Origin: Haliangium sp.
Lineage (GTDB): Bacteria; Myxococcota_A; Polyangia; Haliangiales; Haliangiaceae
Direction of reading: 5' to 3'
Assembly (NCBI RefSeq): GCF_050303215.1
Contig: NZ_JBNLBH010000019.1
Span: 128,001-149,096 of the forward strand
DNA length: 21,096 nucleotides
Part shown: positions 1 to 7,222 of the stretch, in pieces
Layout of the letters: the number at the start of each line of letters is the position of its first letter
How positions within the stretch are numbered: the first letter of the stretch is position 1
The notes under the pieces: model-generated
Database searches by the model: none
What the model was told of the DNA's origin: nothing
What the model saw: the letters and a program-made list of their open reading frames with translations, nothing else
Program-made: the position numbers and the translations under genes

Positions 1-254
1 GCTCTTGGCCCTGGCCAGCCGCGCCGCGACCGCGGCGACGGTGTCCCGGTCGGACTTGGAAAGCTCATTGGGTGTTGACACCCTCGCAGTCTACCGCAAT
101 CGCCGCCGCCGTCAGGTCCGGGGCCCCGCATCATCCTGTCGCGACGGCGGCTGGCTCGTGGATCGCGCCCGCAACCACCGGTCCCAGCCACTGTCAGGGG
201 TGGCTAGGCCCACCTCGCCCCACCGCGGCGTCACATGAGTATGATGCCGCCACT

Positions 255-1079
255 ATGAAGCGACCCAGCGTTCTTTGGTTCCATGCCGGCGTGGCTGCGC
301 TCTGTCTCGGCTGCACGAGCGCCGCACCGGCTCCCGACACCACCCCTGAGGCGCCTTCGGCGACCGAGGCCAGCGCCGAGCCCGGCGGTGACAGCGCTAC
401 CGCCACCAGCGGCGACGACCTCATCCTCGCCGCCGTGAACGCGCCCCGCGACCCTCGTGACACCGGCCGCGACGAGATCCGCAAACCCGTCGAGTTGCTG
501 CGCTTCTTCGACGTGGCCGAGGGCATGCGCGTGGCCGATCTGGGCAGCGGCCCGGGATACACCGCCAGCCTGGTGGCCGCCGTGGTCGGGCCCACGGGCA
601 AGGTCTTCGCCCAGAACCCGGCCGAGTGGAGCCAGTTCTCGTGGCCGGCGTGGGAGGAGCGCAAGGCCAACGGCCGCCTGCCCCAGGTCGAGACCGTCGA
701 GCGCCCCTTCGACGATCCCCTGCCGCCCGAGGCCAGCAACCTCGACCTGGTGCTCAGCGTGCTCATCTACCACGACGTGGCCTACATGCCCTTCGATCGC
801 GACCAGATGAACAAGAAAGTCTTCGCCGCGCTCGTGCCCGGCGGCATCTACGGCGTCGTCGATCACTACGCTGTCGACGGTGCCGGGGTGTCGGTGGCCG
901 AGTCTCTGCATCGCATCGAGAAGGCCATCGTCATCGCCGAGGTCGAGGCCGCCGGCTTCGAACTGGTCGACGAGGCCGACTTCCTCCGCGACCACGACGA
1001 CGACCGCACCTCCAAGGCCTGGAACAACCCCCAGCCGGTCACCGACCGCTTCGTGCTCAAGTTCCGCAAGCCCGAGTGA
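255..1079 (+). CDS. Exported (lipoprotein-type signal) class I SAM-dependent methyltransferase, COG4798-like
   Basis: This is the frame of track ORF 72..1079. The internal ATG at 255 gives the N-terminus MKRPSVLWFHAGVAALCLGC-TSAAP: a positive n-region, a hydrophobic core and an L-G-C lipobox-like motif. The upstream 61 codons of the longer ORF are not protein-like. Motif I of class I SAM methyltransferases is present (VADLGSGPGYTASLV, a GxGxG loop), with downstream acidic and aromatic positions typical of the fold. Stop codon at 1077-1079. Confidence 0.75.
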   Translation: MKRPSVLWFHAGVAALCLGCTSAAPAPDTTPEAPSATEASAEPGGDSATATSGDDLILAAVNAPRDPRDTGRDEIRKPVELLRFFDVAEGMRVADLGSGPGYTASLVAAVVGPTGKVFAQNPAEWSQFSWPAWEERKANGRLPQVETVERPFDDPLPPEASNLDLVLSVLIYHDVAYMPFDRDQMNKKVFAALVPGGIYGVVDHYAVDGAGVSVAESLHRIEKAIVIAEVEAAGFELVDEADFLRDHDDDRTSKAWNNPQPVTDRFVLKFRKPE

Positions 1080-1114
1080 TGTCGGGCGGGTCCGGGCGGT
1101 CGGTGCGGGCTCGA

Positions 1115-1148
1115 GGCGAGCGCTCGCCGGCCCTCGGACGGCCGTACG
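1115..1148. terminator. Palindromic GC-rich elements between convergent genes; possible bidirectional terminator hairpins
   Basis: Perfect 14-nt palindrome GGCGAGCGCTCGCC at 1115-1128, followed by the palindrome CCGTACGG at 1142-1149. They lie in the 115-nt gap between the stop of the + gene (1079) and the stop of the - gene (1195). No U-tract is present, so this is not a canonical intrinsic terminator. Confidence 0.25.
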
Positions 1149-1194
1149 GGCTCTCACCTGGGCCGGCGCCCAGCGCGCCCGAGCGGCTCAGGGA

Positions 1195-1905
1195 TCAGCC
1201 GAGGCGGAGGTCTTCCGACTCGAGCACCACTGCCTCGGTCGTGGCGTCCAGGGCTCGCGCCACCAGCGCGCGCGCCAGCACCTGGTTGCTGGTCGAGCGA
1301 TAGCGGGCGCGCAGGCGCCGGGCGCCGAGCAACCCGGCCACGGCCAGAAGCCCATCGCTCACCGCTGCGCCCACGCGCTCACCTGGACGGTCCTCGTCGC
1401 GATCGGACCCGGTGATGAACGACGGCCGCGCGATCAGGTACGGCAACCCGCACCCGCGCAGCGCCTCCTCTGCCCGCCACCGCGCCTGCATGTACGCACC
1501 CGACGCGCGCGCGCTCACGCCTGCAGACGACAGGTACACGAAGCGCGGCCCGGCGCCCGTGGCCACCGCTGCGTCCATGAGCAGCTTGGCCAGGCCGTAG
1601 TCGACGCTCTCGTACGATTCCTCGCGGCCCTCGCGCGCGGCCATCCGGCCGCGCTTGCGGGTCGTGCCCAACAGCGCGAACACGTGGCTCGGCACCAAAG
1701 CGCCCAGGCGGGCCTGCATGTCGGCCGGCGTCCACGGGGTGATATCGACCTCGGCCCCGAGGCCACCGAGGCGGTCACGCCACGCCTCCAGCCGGGGCGA
1801 GTCCGGCCGCACATGCGCCACCGCGCGGACGCCGCGCTCGACCAACGCAGCCACTACCTCGCGGCCGGTGTACCCCGTGGCCCCTGCGACGAAGGCGATG
1901 CTCAT
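1195..1905 (-). CDS. NAD(P)-binding Rossmann-fold protein (atypical SDR / NmrA-like family)
   Basis: The ATG at 1905 gives the N-terminus MSIAFVAGATGYTGREVV, a classic GxxGxxG dinucleotide-binding motif immediately after the start, as in NmrA/atypical SDR proteins. The track ORF extends to a TTG at 1950 and an ATG at 1947 (MMARASARRGVGYAV...), but neither has a better RBS, so the start is uncertain within about 45 nt. The protein is about 236 aa with Rossmann-like alternation of hydrophobic strands and helices. Confidence 0.7.
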   Translation of the reverse strand: MSIAFVAGATGYTGREVVAALVERGVRAVAHVRPDSPRLEAWRDRLGGLGAEVDITPWTPADMQARLGALVPSHVFALLGTTRKRGRMAAREGREESYESVDYGLAKLLMDAAVATGAGPRFVYLSSAGVSARASGAYMQARWRAEEALRGCGLPYLIARPSFITGSDRDEDRPGERVGAAVSDGLLAVAGLLGARRLRARYRSTSNQVLARALVARALDATTEAVVLESEDLRLG

Positions 1906-2015
1906 GACCGCGTAGCCTACGCCACGGCGTGCGGACGCGCGAGCCATCAAAGCGGTATGGTCCGGGCCATGTTCACCTGGGTCGCCCTACCTGGCCGCGC
2001 TCGCCGGAGCACGCG

Positions 2016-3614
2016 GTGATCCGCGACCTCCACCTCTTGGCGACCGCAGCCGCCGAGGCCTGCGCCGCCACCACCGACGCGGCCGAGAAGAAGTCCTGGG
2101 GCCAGTACTTCACCTCGGTCGAGGTAGCCGGGTTCATGGGCTCCCTCGTGGCTGTAGGCGCCGCGACGGCGCCGATCCGAGTGCTCGATCCCGGCGCGGG
2201 CACGGGCATCCTCGGCCTCGCCGCGGCCGCCGCCCTGCTCGCCCGGGGCGCCGAGGCGGTTCGGCTCACCGCGATCGAAGCGCACCCCGGGGCTCGCGCC
2301 CACCTCCACGAGTCGCTCCGGCTCGCCCGCGAGGCCAGCGCGGGCCGGCTCGACGCCAAGGTCATCGGCGCCGACTTCCTCGACCTGGCCCCGCCGGGCC
2401 TCGACGCCTCTCTATCCTCCGAGCCCTTCGACGTGGTGATCGCCAATCCACCCTACTTCAAGCTGAGCCCGCGCGACCGCCGCGGCGGCGACGCGCCCAA
2501 CATCTACGCCCGCTTCATGGAGATTTCGGCCGGGCTGCTGCGCGAGCGCGGCCAGCTCTTGTTCATCGTGCCGCGCAGCTTCGCCTCGGGCCGCTACTTC
2601 GAGCGCTTCCGCCGGGCGTTTCATCGCCGCATGAGCCTGCACCGCGTGCACGTCTTCGAGTCTCGGCGCGACCCGTTCAAGGCCCACGGCGTGCTGCAAG
2701 AGAACATCATCGTCGACTACCGCAAGGCCACGCGCGCCCCGTCGTCGGTCACGATCACTAGCTCGCGCGGCGCTCGTGATCTCGACCGACCGACCAAAGT
2801 CGAGGCCAGCCGGAGGCTGCTCCTGCCCGATCACGCACCCCACGCCGTCCTGCGCCTGCCCACATGCGACGAGGATCTGGCGCTGCTCGCCCGCCTAGAG
2901 CGATGGCGCGATGACCTCGGCAGCTACGGGCTCGCAGTATCCACCGGGCCGGTGGTGCCGTTCCGGGCCACGGACCAGCTCGTGCACACGGCGAGCGCCG
3001 CCACAGCGCCGCTGCTGTGGATGCAGCACGTGCGCGCGGGCCGAGTGACCTGGCCCCTCGGCGCCGGGTTCCGTAAACCCGAGCACATCATGCGCTCAGC
3101 CCCATCCAAGCTCCTGGTCACGAACCGCACCTATGTGCTCCTGCGCCGCATCTCCGCCAAAGAGGACCGGCGTCGGCTCACCGCCGCGGTGCTGCACGCA
3201 GGCGCCCTGCCCGGCGACGTACTCGGGCTGGAGAACCACCTCAACTTCATCCATCGCCCCGGCGGCGAGATCGACCAAAACGAGGCCACCGCCCTGGCCG
3301 CGCTGCTGAGCTCCTCGCTGTTCGACCGATACATCCGCATGGTGAGCGGAAGCACTCAGATCAACGCCACCGAGCTCCGGACGCTGCCGCTACCGCCGCG
3401 ACCGGACGTGATCGAGCTCGGCCGGCAGCTCCTGCGCCGACCCGAGCTCGCCCAGCAGACCCAGCTCGACGAGCTCATGCGAAGCCTGACCGGCGCCAAC
3501 ACCAATCCCCACGCGACGAGCCCGGGTGCTGCACCGCACGCGCCATCGCAACCGCCCAGAGAGACGGCGCACGCGGCGCGCCGACGCGTCAGCGATGCTC
3601 ATCGAGGCGGATGA
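2016..3614 (+). CDS. N6-adenine DNA methyltransferase, gamma-class (Eco57I/TaqI-like MTase domain plus C-terminal target-recognition region)
   Basis: Ordered motifs of the gamma-class N6-adenine methyltransferases are present: GQYFTS(VEVAGFM) (motif X), VLDPGAGTGILG (motif I, SAM binding) and VIANPPYFK (motif IV, catalytic NPPY). About 330 aa follow and probably form the target-recognition domain. The track ORF begins at GTG 1929 with no RBS and no in-frame ATG before the domain. GTG at 2016 is preceded by GGAG with a 6-nt spacer and leaves about 28 aa before motif X, so I prefer it. The true start is 1929 or 2016. The 3' end overlaps the convergent pafA-like gene by 26 nt. Confidence 0.8.
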   Translation: MIRDLHLLATAAAEACAATTDAAEKKSWGQYFTSVEVAGFMGSLVAVGAATAPIRVLDPGAGTGILGLAAAAALLARGAEAVRLTAIEAHPGARAHLHESLRLAREASAGRLDAKVIGADFLDLAPPGLDASLSSEPFDVVIANPPYFKLSPRDRRGGDAPNIYARFMEISAGLLRERGQLLFIVPRSFASGRYFERFRRAFHRRMSLHRVHVFESRRDPFKAHGVLQENIIVDYRKATRAPSSVTITSSRGARDLDRPTKVEASRRLLLPDHAPHAVLRLPTCDEDLALLARLERWRDDLGSYGLAVSTGPVVPFRATDQLVHTASAATAPLLWMQHVRAGRVTWPLGAGFRKPEHIMRSAPSKLLVTNRTYVLLRRISAKEDRRRLTAAVLHAGALPGDVLGLENHLNFIHRPGGEIDQNEATALAALLSSSLFDRYIRMVSGSTQINATELRTLPLPPRPDVIELGRQLLRRPELAQQTQLDELMRSLTGANTNPHATSPGAAPHAPSQPPRETAHAARRRVSDAHRGG

Positions 3615-5298
3615 CCTTGCCGGCAAAGGGTTTGCCGACCCGGATCCGGTCCCAAGACACCCTGACCTTGGCCTGACGGCGACCGAGCTCTCGGATCATG
3701 CGACTCCGGGCCCGGGCCGAGCCCGGTGACGGCGGATCGTGCATGGCCTGCGCGATCTCGTCCGGGCTCCATATGTGCGAGACCAGCCCGGCTCGGTCGA
3801 GGCGGGCGAAGTAACCACCGCCAAGCTCGTGGTACTTGAGGTCGATCTTCTTGCGCGCGGCCGGGCTCAGCTCGCGCCCGGCGGTGTCGAGCAGATAGCG
3901 CTTGGTGATCCAGTCGAGTTGGCCCAGTAGCGGGCTTTCGCTCACCTCGTGCTCGCCGCGGGCGAGCGCGTCGAGGGCGTCGAGCGTGCGCTGCCACAGC
4001 GCCAACAGCTCCACCGCCTCGATCGACGTCACCTCGGCCTGGTCCACGAAGGCCCGGGCTCGCTCCAGGTAGGCTCGCTGGATGTCGAGGGCGCGCATGG
4101 GCGAGCCGCCCACCACCTCCACCTCGGCCTGCAGGCTGGGGTCGGAGATGATGTGGCGCAGGGCCTCGACCGGCCGGCGCAGCCGCGGCAGACCGGCCAG
4201 GGCCCCAGCCTCGGCCATGTCGATGACCAGGGCGGTGGTGGCCAGCTTGAGGTAACCGGCGACCTGAGCTGGGTTGGCGTCGGCGAGGCCGAGCTGCATG
4301 CGCTGGCGGCGCCGGAATAGACCCAGGAACGAGCGCAGGTCGAGGTAGGCCACCCGCAGCGCGGCCTTGCACAGGTTGCCGGCGTCGAACACGGCGCGGT
4401 CATGCTGGCCTACCCACAGTCGCACCACCCGGCGGATCGTCGGGCCTTTTTCGGACAGTCCAAAAACGCCCTCGTCGTCGAGGGTGCCGGCGCCGGAGAG
4501 CACCGGCCGGGACATGAGGAAGGCCAGCCCATCCCGACGCACCCGGCGAAAGGCGACCAGCCGGAACAGCGCGAAGAATGGCCACAGCACCGGCGCCCAC
4601 AGCACGTGGCCATAGAGCACATATTCGATCCGGCCGAGCGCGCGCACGATCCGGCGCGACGGGGTAGTGAAGGCCACGGCCGCGGGCACGCCGCTCCGGC
4701 GCAGACTCGGGCTGACCACCGCCGCCAGGCCGACGCCGAAGAGCAGCACCAACCACGACACCGCCAGCGCCACGAAGCTAACCCAGCTCACCACCGCGCA
4801 CACCAGGATGATCGGGATCAGGGCGGCCACGCCCGCGCGCCATAGCCACAGCGTCGGGCCGGTCCCGATGTCGGCCTCGAAGTTCTCCTGGGCACCGTAG
4901 ACGTGCCCTTCGGCGTCGCGGCAGTTCTCCAGCAGGCCTAGGCTGCCGCGGTAGCCCTGATGGGCCAGGATGTGCTCGGCCGCGGGCAACGCCTGGATGA
5001 GCAGGGCCCGCTGCGCGCATTGATACAGCAGGCCTTCTTCGGGGCCACGGCACTCCGGGGTCGCGCCCTCGACCAGACCGCCGTCGGGGGCCGTGGGCAG
5101 ATACTCGTAGGCGAAGGCGCCCCCGTTCTCGACAAAGAACTGCTCGCGCGCCCAGTCCCCTTTGCGGGTCAGGACCAGGTCGCCGATAGCCTCCCGCACA
5201 GCGCCGTAGACCACGTTATTGTCGGGCGATTCACTGCCCGGCAGCGACGTGAAGCGGATCGCGTACTCGCTCTCCAGGCCCAGCAGGCGGCGCAGCAT
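3589..5298 (-). CDS. pafA: Pup-ligase/deamidase family protein (PafA/Dop homologue, glutamine-synthetase-like carboxylate-amine ligase fold) with a ~115-aa multi-helix hydrophobic insertion
   Basis: Direct similarity to Mycobacterium PafA along the whole length. Pairs (this ORF vs PafA): GLESEYAI vs GIETEYG (N-terminal catalytic Glu); ENGGAFAYEY...GATPEC vs [27 protein letters not shown] vs YGCHENY; FLMSRPVLSGAGT vs FLVTRQLICGAGK; ALDIQRAYLERA vs ALDIQREYYTRA; QLDWITKRYLL vs EIDWVIKRKLF; IDLKYHEL vs LDLAYHDI; DEIAQAMHDPP...ARARSRMI vs EEIAEAVDQPP...TRARLRGEFI. Between the HENY-like motif and the GAGK-like motif, residues ~146-262 (nt 4513-4863) replace PafA's ~18-aa loop with three to four strongly hydrophobic helix-length segments. 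The ATG at 5298 is preceded by GAGGGG. Stop codon at 3589-3591. Confidence 0.75.
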   Translation of the reverse strand: MLRRLLGLESEYAIRFTSLPGSESPDNNVVYGAVREAIGDLVLTRKGDWAREQFFVENGGAFAYEYLPTAPDGGLVEGATPECRGPEEGLLYQCAQRALLIQALPAAEHILAHQGYRGSLGLLENCRDAEGHVYGAQENFEADIGTGPTLWLWRAGVAALIPIILVCAVVSWVSFVALAVSWLVLLFGVGLAAVVSPSLRRSGVPAAVAFTTPSRRIVRALGRIEYVLYGHVLWAPVLWPFFALFRLVAFRRVRRDGLAFLMSRPVLSGAGTLDDEGVFGLSEKGPTIRRVVRLWVGQHDRAVFDAGNLCKAALRVAYLDLRSFLGLFRRRQRMQLGLADANPAQVAGYLKLATTALVIDMAEAGALAGLPRLRRPVEALRHIISDPSLQAEVEVVGGSPMRALDIQRAYLERARAFVDQAEVTSIEAVELLALWQRTLDALDALARGEHEVSESPLLGQLDWITKRYLLDTAGRELSPAARKKIDLKYHELGGGYFARLDRAGLVSHIWSPDEIAQAMHDPPSPGSARARSRMIRELGRRQAKVRVSWDRIRVGKPFAGKVIRLDEHR

Positions 5299-5322
5299 GG
5301 CCCCTCGGACACACGCCGGGGG

Positions 5323-5499
5323 CTACTCGCCGCCCTCGGGAACCACGGTCTCGCGCAAGTACGCCTCGGCCCCCTCGACGGCGTCGACGGCGATCTCGGC
5401 CACCGCCTCGGCGACCCGATCACGGGCCGACGGCGCCGCGCTGTCGTCATCCCGCCGGAGGTCACGGGCAACATTCGATGGAGTGTGAGCAGGTCGCAT
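5323..5499 (-). CDS. pup: Pup-like prokaryotic ubiquitin-like protein, 58 aa, C-terminal Gly-Gly-Glu
   Basis: The ATG at 5499 is preceded by a strong RBS (CAGGAGAGACTC-ATG). It encodes MRPAHTPSNVARDLRRDDDSAAPSARDRVAEAVAEIAVDAVEGAEAYLRETVVPEGGE. The C-terminal third aligns with Mycobacterium Pup (EIDDVLEENAEDFVRAYVQKGGQ vs EIAVDAVEGAEAYLRETVVPEGGE): an acidic helix, AE-x-[FY]-[VL]-R-x-x-V and a terminal GG[QE]. The N-terminal half is low-complexity and acidic, like Pup. The track ORF starts at an upstream GTG (5529) with no RBS. The gene ends 24 nt upstream of the pafA-like gene on the same strand. Confidence 0.65.
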   Translation of the reverse strand: MRPAHTPSNVARDLRRDDDSAAPSARDRVAEAVAEIAVDAVEGAEAYLRETVVPEGGE

Positions 5500-5503
5500 G
5501 AGT

Positions 5504-5510
5504 CTCTCCT
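5504..5510 (-). promoter_or_regulatory. Shine-Dalgarno (AGGAGAG) for the pup-like gene
   Basis: The plus-strand CTCTCCT at 5504-5510 is AGGAGAG on the minus strand, 4 nt upstream of the ATG at 5499. Confidence 0.5.
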
Positions 5511-5883
5511 GGCTGACGTCAACCGACACAGGCCGATACGCGCAGATCGCGCCGACTGGACAGTCCGTCCCGTACGAGGCTCAGTGTACAGGGTCCCGCC
5601 CACGTTGGCCACGACCACGCAACGTCGGCCCGGCCTGACCTAGCCCCGCCGCGGCGTGTCCCGACCACACCATGGACCGAACTTCGTCCCCGGCCTCGCC
5701 TCGGGCCGCCAGGCTGGCCTAGACAGCACTCGATCTGTTCATCCGTCGCGGCACCTACACTGGAATGCACACCGATCTTTCTCGCCAGAGCAGCTTGGTG
5801 GCCGCCCCCAACCAGCGTCTGTATCTCAATGACAGCCGACTGCCGTCACGCGACGTACACACCGGCAAGACATGTACGTCGTC

Positions 5884-6933
5884 TCAGGTATCCGAACTCA
5901 TCACCTCAGCGACGCTTCCGGCCGCGAACAGGCGCTCGTACCACGTGTCGAGTTCAGCCTGGTCGGCCGCCTTGATGCGGGCCTGCGCCGCCCGTGAGAC
6001 CCGTCCGAATCGGGCCCTCAGCAACCGGATGAGCCGCTCCTGCTCGGCCTCACGACGACCCTGCTGTTGGCCTTCCTTCCGGCCCTTTTCGAGACCCTGT
6101 TCGAGGCCCTGTTCGCGGCTCTTGTAGACGATCTCGTCGTAGGTGTTCGTAAACACTTGGTGTGCCATGGGACTGACCTCGGTCTTCAGGAAGCGAGCCA
6201 TGTGCTCTCGCTCGATGCGGGCAACGCTCATAGTATACGTGAACAGCATGCCCAGGGCAGCCACTCCGGAGGGGGCCTCGGCCAGGTCCGCGAGCAGGGT
6301 TGCGATGTCGCGACCCATCGCGGCCAATAGGTCTGGCTCGCGACGGGCGTAAGTGAGCGCCCACAAGATCACCTGCGGAATCGCGCCACTCACTCGCTGC
6401 CACAGGGCCTCATCGTCATCGGGCAGCAATTCCTCCAGCACGAACGCATACCGCGGCAGGTGCTCGCCAATGGCGTCGAGCGTCCGGTGCGGGCAGTCGT
6501 ACACCTCGTCCATCGTGATCGATGCACGCCAGGGGATGCCGTGGTACATGACGATAGGCAGGATCACGGGCACTCGGATCGCGTCGGGGTGCTCGCTGCG
6601 GTGCTCGTCCCAGATCGCGCTCAGGTAACGCAGGATGCGTACCGGCATCAGCACCTGGGGCTTGCTCTGGTGTTCCATCAGCACGTAGATGTACGCCTTG
6701 CTCGGAGCACCCGCGTCGTCATCAGCGGCGGCGTCCAGGGGCACGCGCATGAGCAGATCCGTGAGCTGCTCGCGCAGGTGCTCGTCGATGAAGGTCCGCT
6801 TCTCTACCTTCACACGACGAAAATCGACCTGCCCAGATAGCCCACGCGGTAGCAACGCTCGGAGCAATGCGCGGGCGTTCCGAGGTTTTGAGAAAATGCC
6901 TCGAAACAGCCGATCATGTGGTGTGCTAACCAT
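5884..6933 (-). CDS. Rpn-family (YhgA-like / Transposase_31) PD-(D/E)XK recombination-promoting nuclease
   Basis: The N-terminus TPHDRLFRGIFSKPRNARALLRALLP closely matches the E. coli RpnA N-terminus ([26 protein letters not shown]), and the YVLMEHQS core motif matches IYVLIEHQS. The C-terminal region has the family's Gly-spaced repeats (EQGLEQGLEKGRKEGQQQGRREAEQERLIRLLRARFG). The ATG at 6933 is preceded by AGGGGA with a 5-nt spacer. The gene's GC content is visibly lower (~60%) than neighbouring genes. Confidence 0.85.
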   Translation of the reverse strand: MVSTPHDRLFRGIFSKPRNARALLRALLPRGLSGQVDFRRVKVEKRTFIDEHLREQLTDLLMRVPLDAAADDDAGAPSKAYIYVLMEHQSKPQVLMPVRILRYLSAIWDEHRSEHPDAIRVPVILPIVMYHGIPWRASITMDEVYDCPHRTLDAIGEHLPRYAFVLEELLPDDDEALWQRVSGAIPQVILWALTYARREPDLLAAMGRDIATLLADLAEAPSGVAALGMLFTYTMSVARIEREHMARFLKTEVSPMAHQVFTNTYDEIVYKSREQGLEQGLEKGRKEGQQQGRREAEQERLIRLLRARFGRVSRAAQARIKAADQAELDTWYERLFAAGSVAEVMSSDT

Positions 6934-7222
6934 CCGTGTCCCCTGGCTGCGCGCACTCCTACCGTGACGCGCGAAGTTGATGACACCTCACCCGTCCATT
7001 GGGCCCGGCCTCGCTGTACCTATCACACCGGGTTCTGAGCAGCAACCTATCTAATCCGGTGCCGCAACGCAAGCAGAACTGTCAAGGCGCGCGCGTGGCC
7101 GCGGTCGGTCGAGGTCTGTTCGGGTTTCGGGGAGCCACTCCGAGCCCGACTTGGCGGCCGTTAGACATGCCTGGATGCTATCGGCGGCTCATTCGCCGCA
7201 GGCTCGCATCGCCACGGAGACC

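Noticed and set aside
1-68. Possible 5' end of a minus-strand gene running off the window start (ATG at 68, MSFPSPTGTPSPRSRR...)
   Set aside because: Only 22 codons are visible, with no motif and no RBS. It cannot be supported.
5-238. 77-aa plus-strand ORF upstream of the methyltransferase; candidate -35-like TTGACA at 77-82
   Set aside because: The ORF is Arg/Ala-rich with no features. The TTGACA has no convincing -10 partner at 16-18-nt spacing, and myxobacterial-type promoters are poorly predicted by E. coli consensus.
231-1157. 308-aa minus-strand ORF and the 626..1303 / 880..2019 plus-strand ORFs overlapping the methyltransferase and NAD-binding genes
   Set aside because: Arg/Pro/Gly-rich nonsense frames with no motifs. 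The overlapped frames carry SAM-MTase and Rossmann motifs.
3599-4372. 257-aa minus-strand ORF in an alternative frame within the pafA-like gene
   Set aside because: Arg/Pro/Gly-rich. The PafA-homologous frame is unambiguous.
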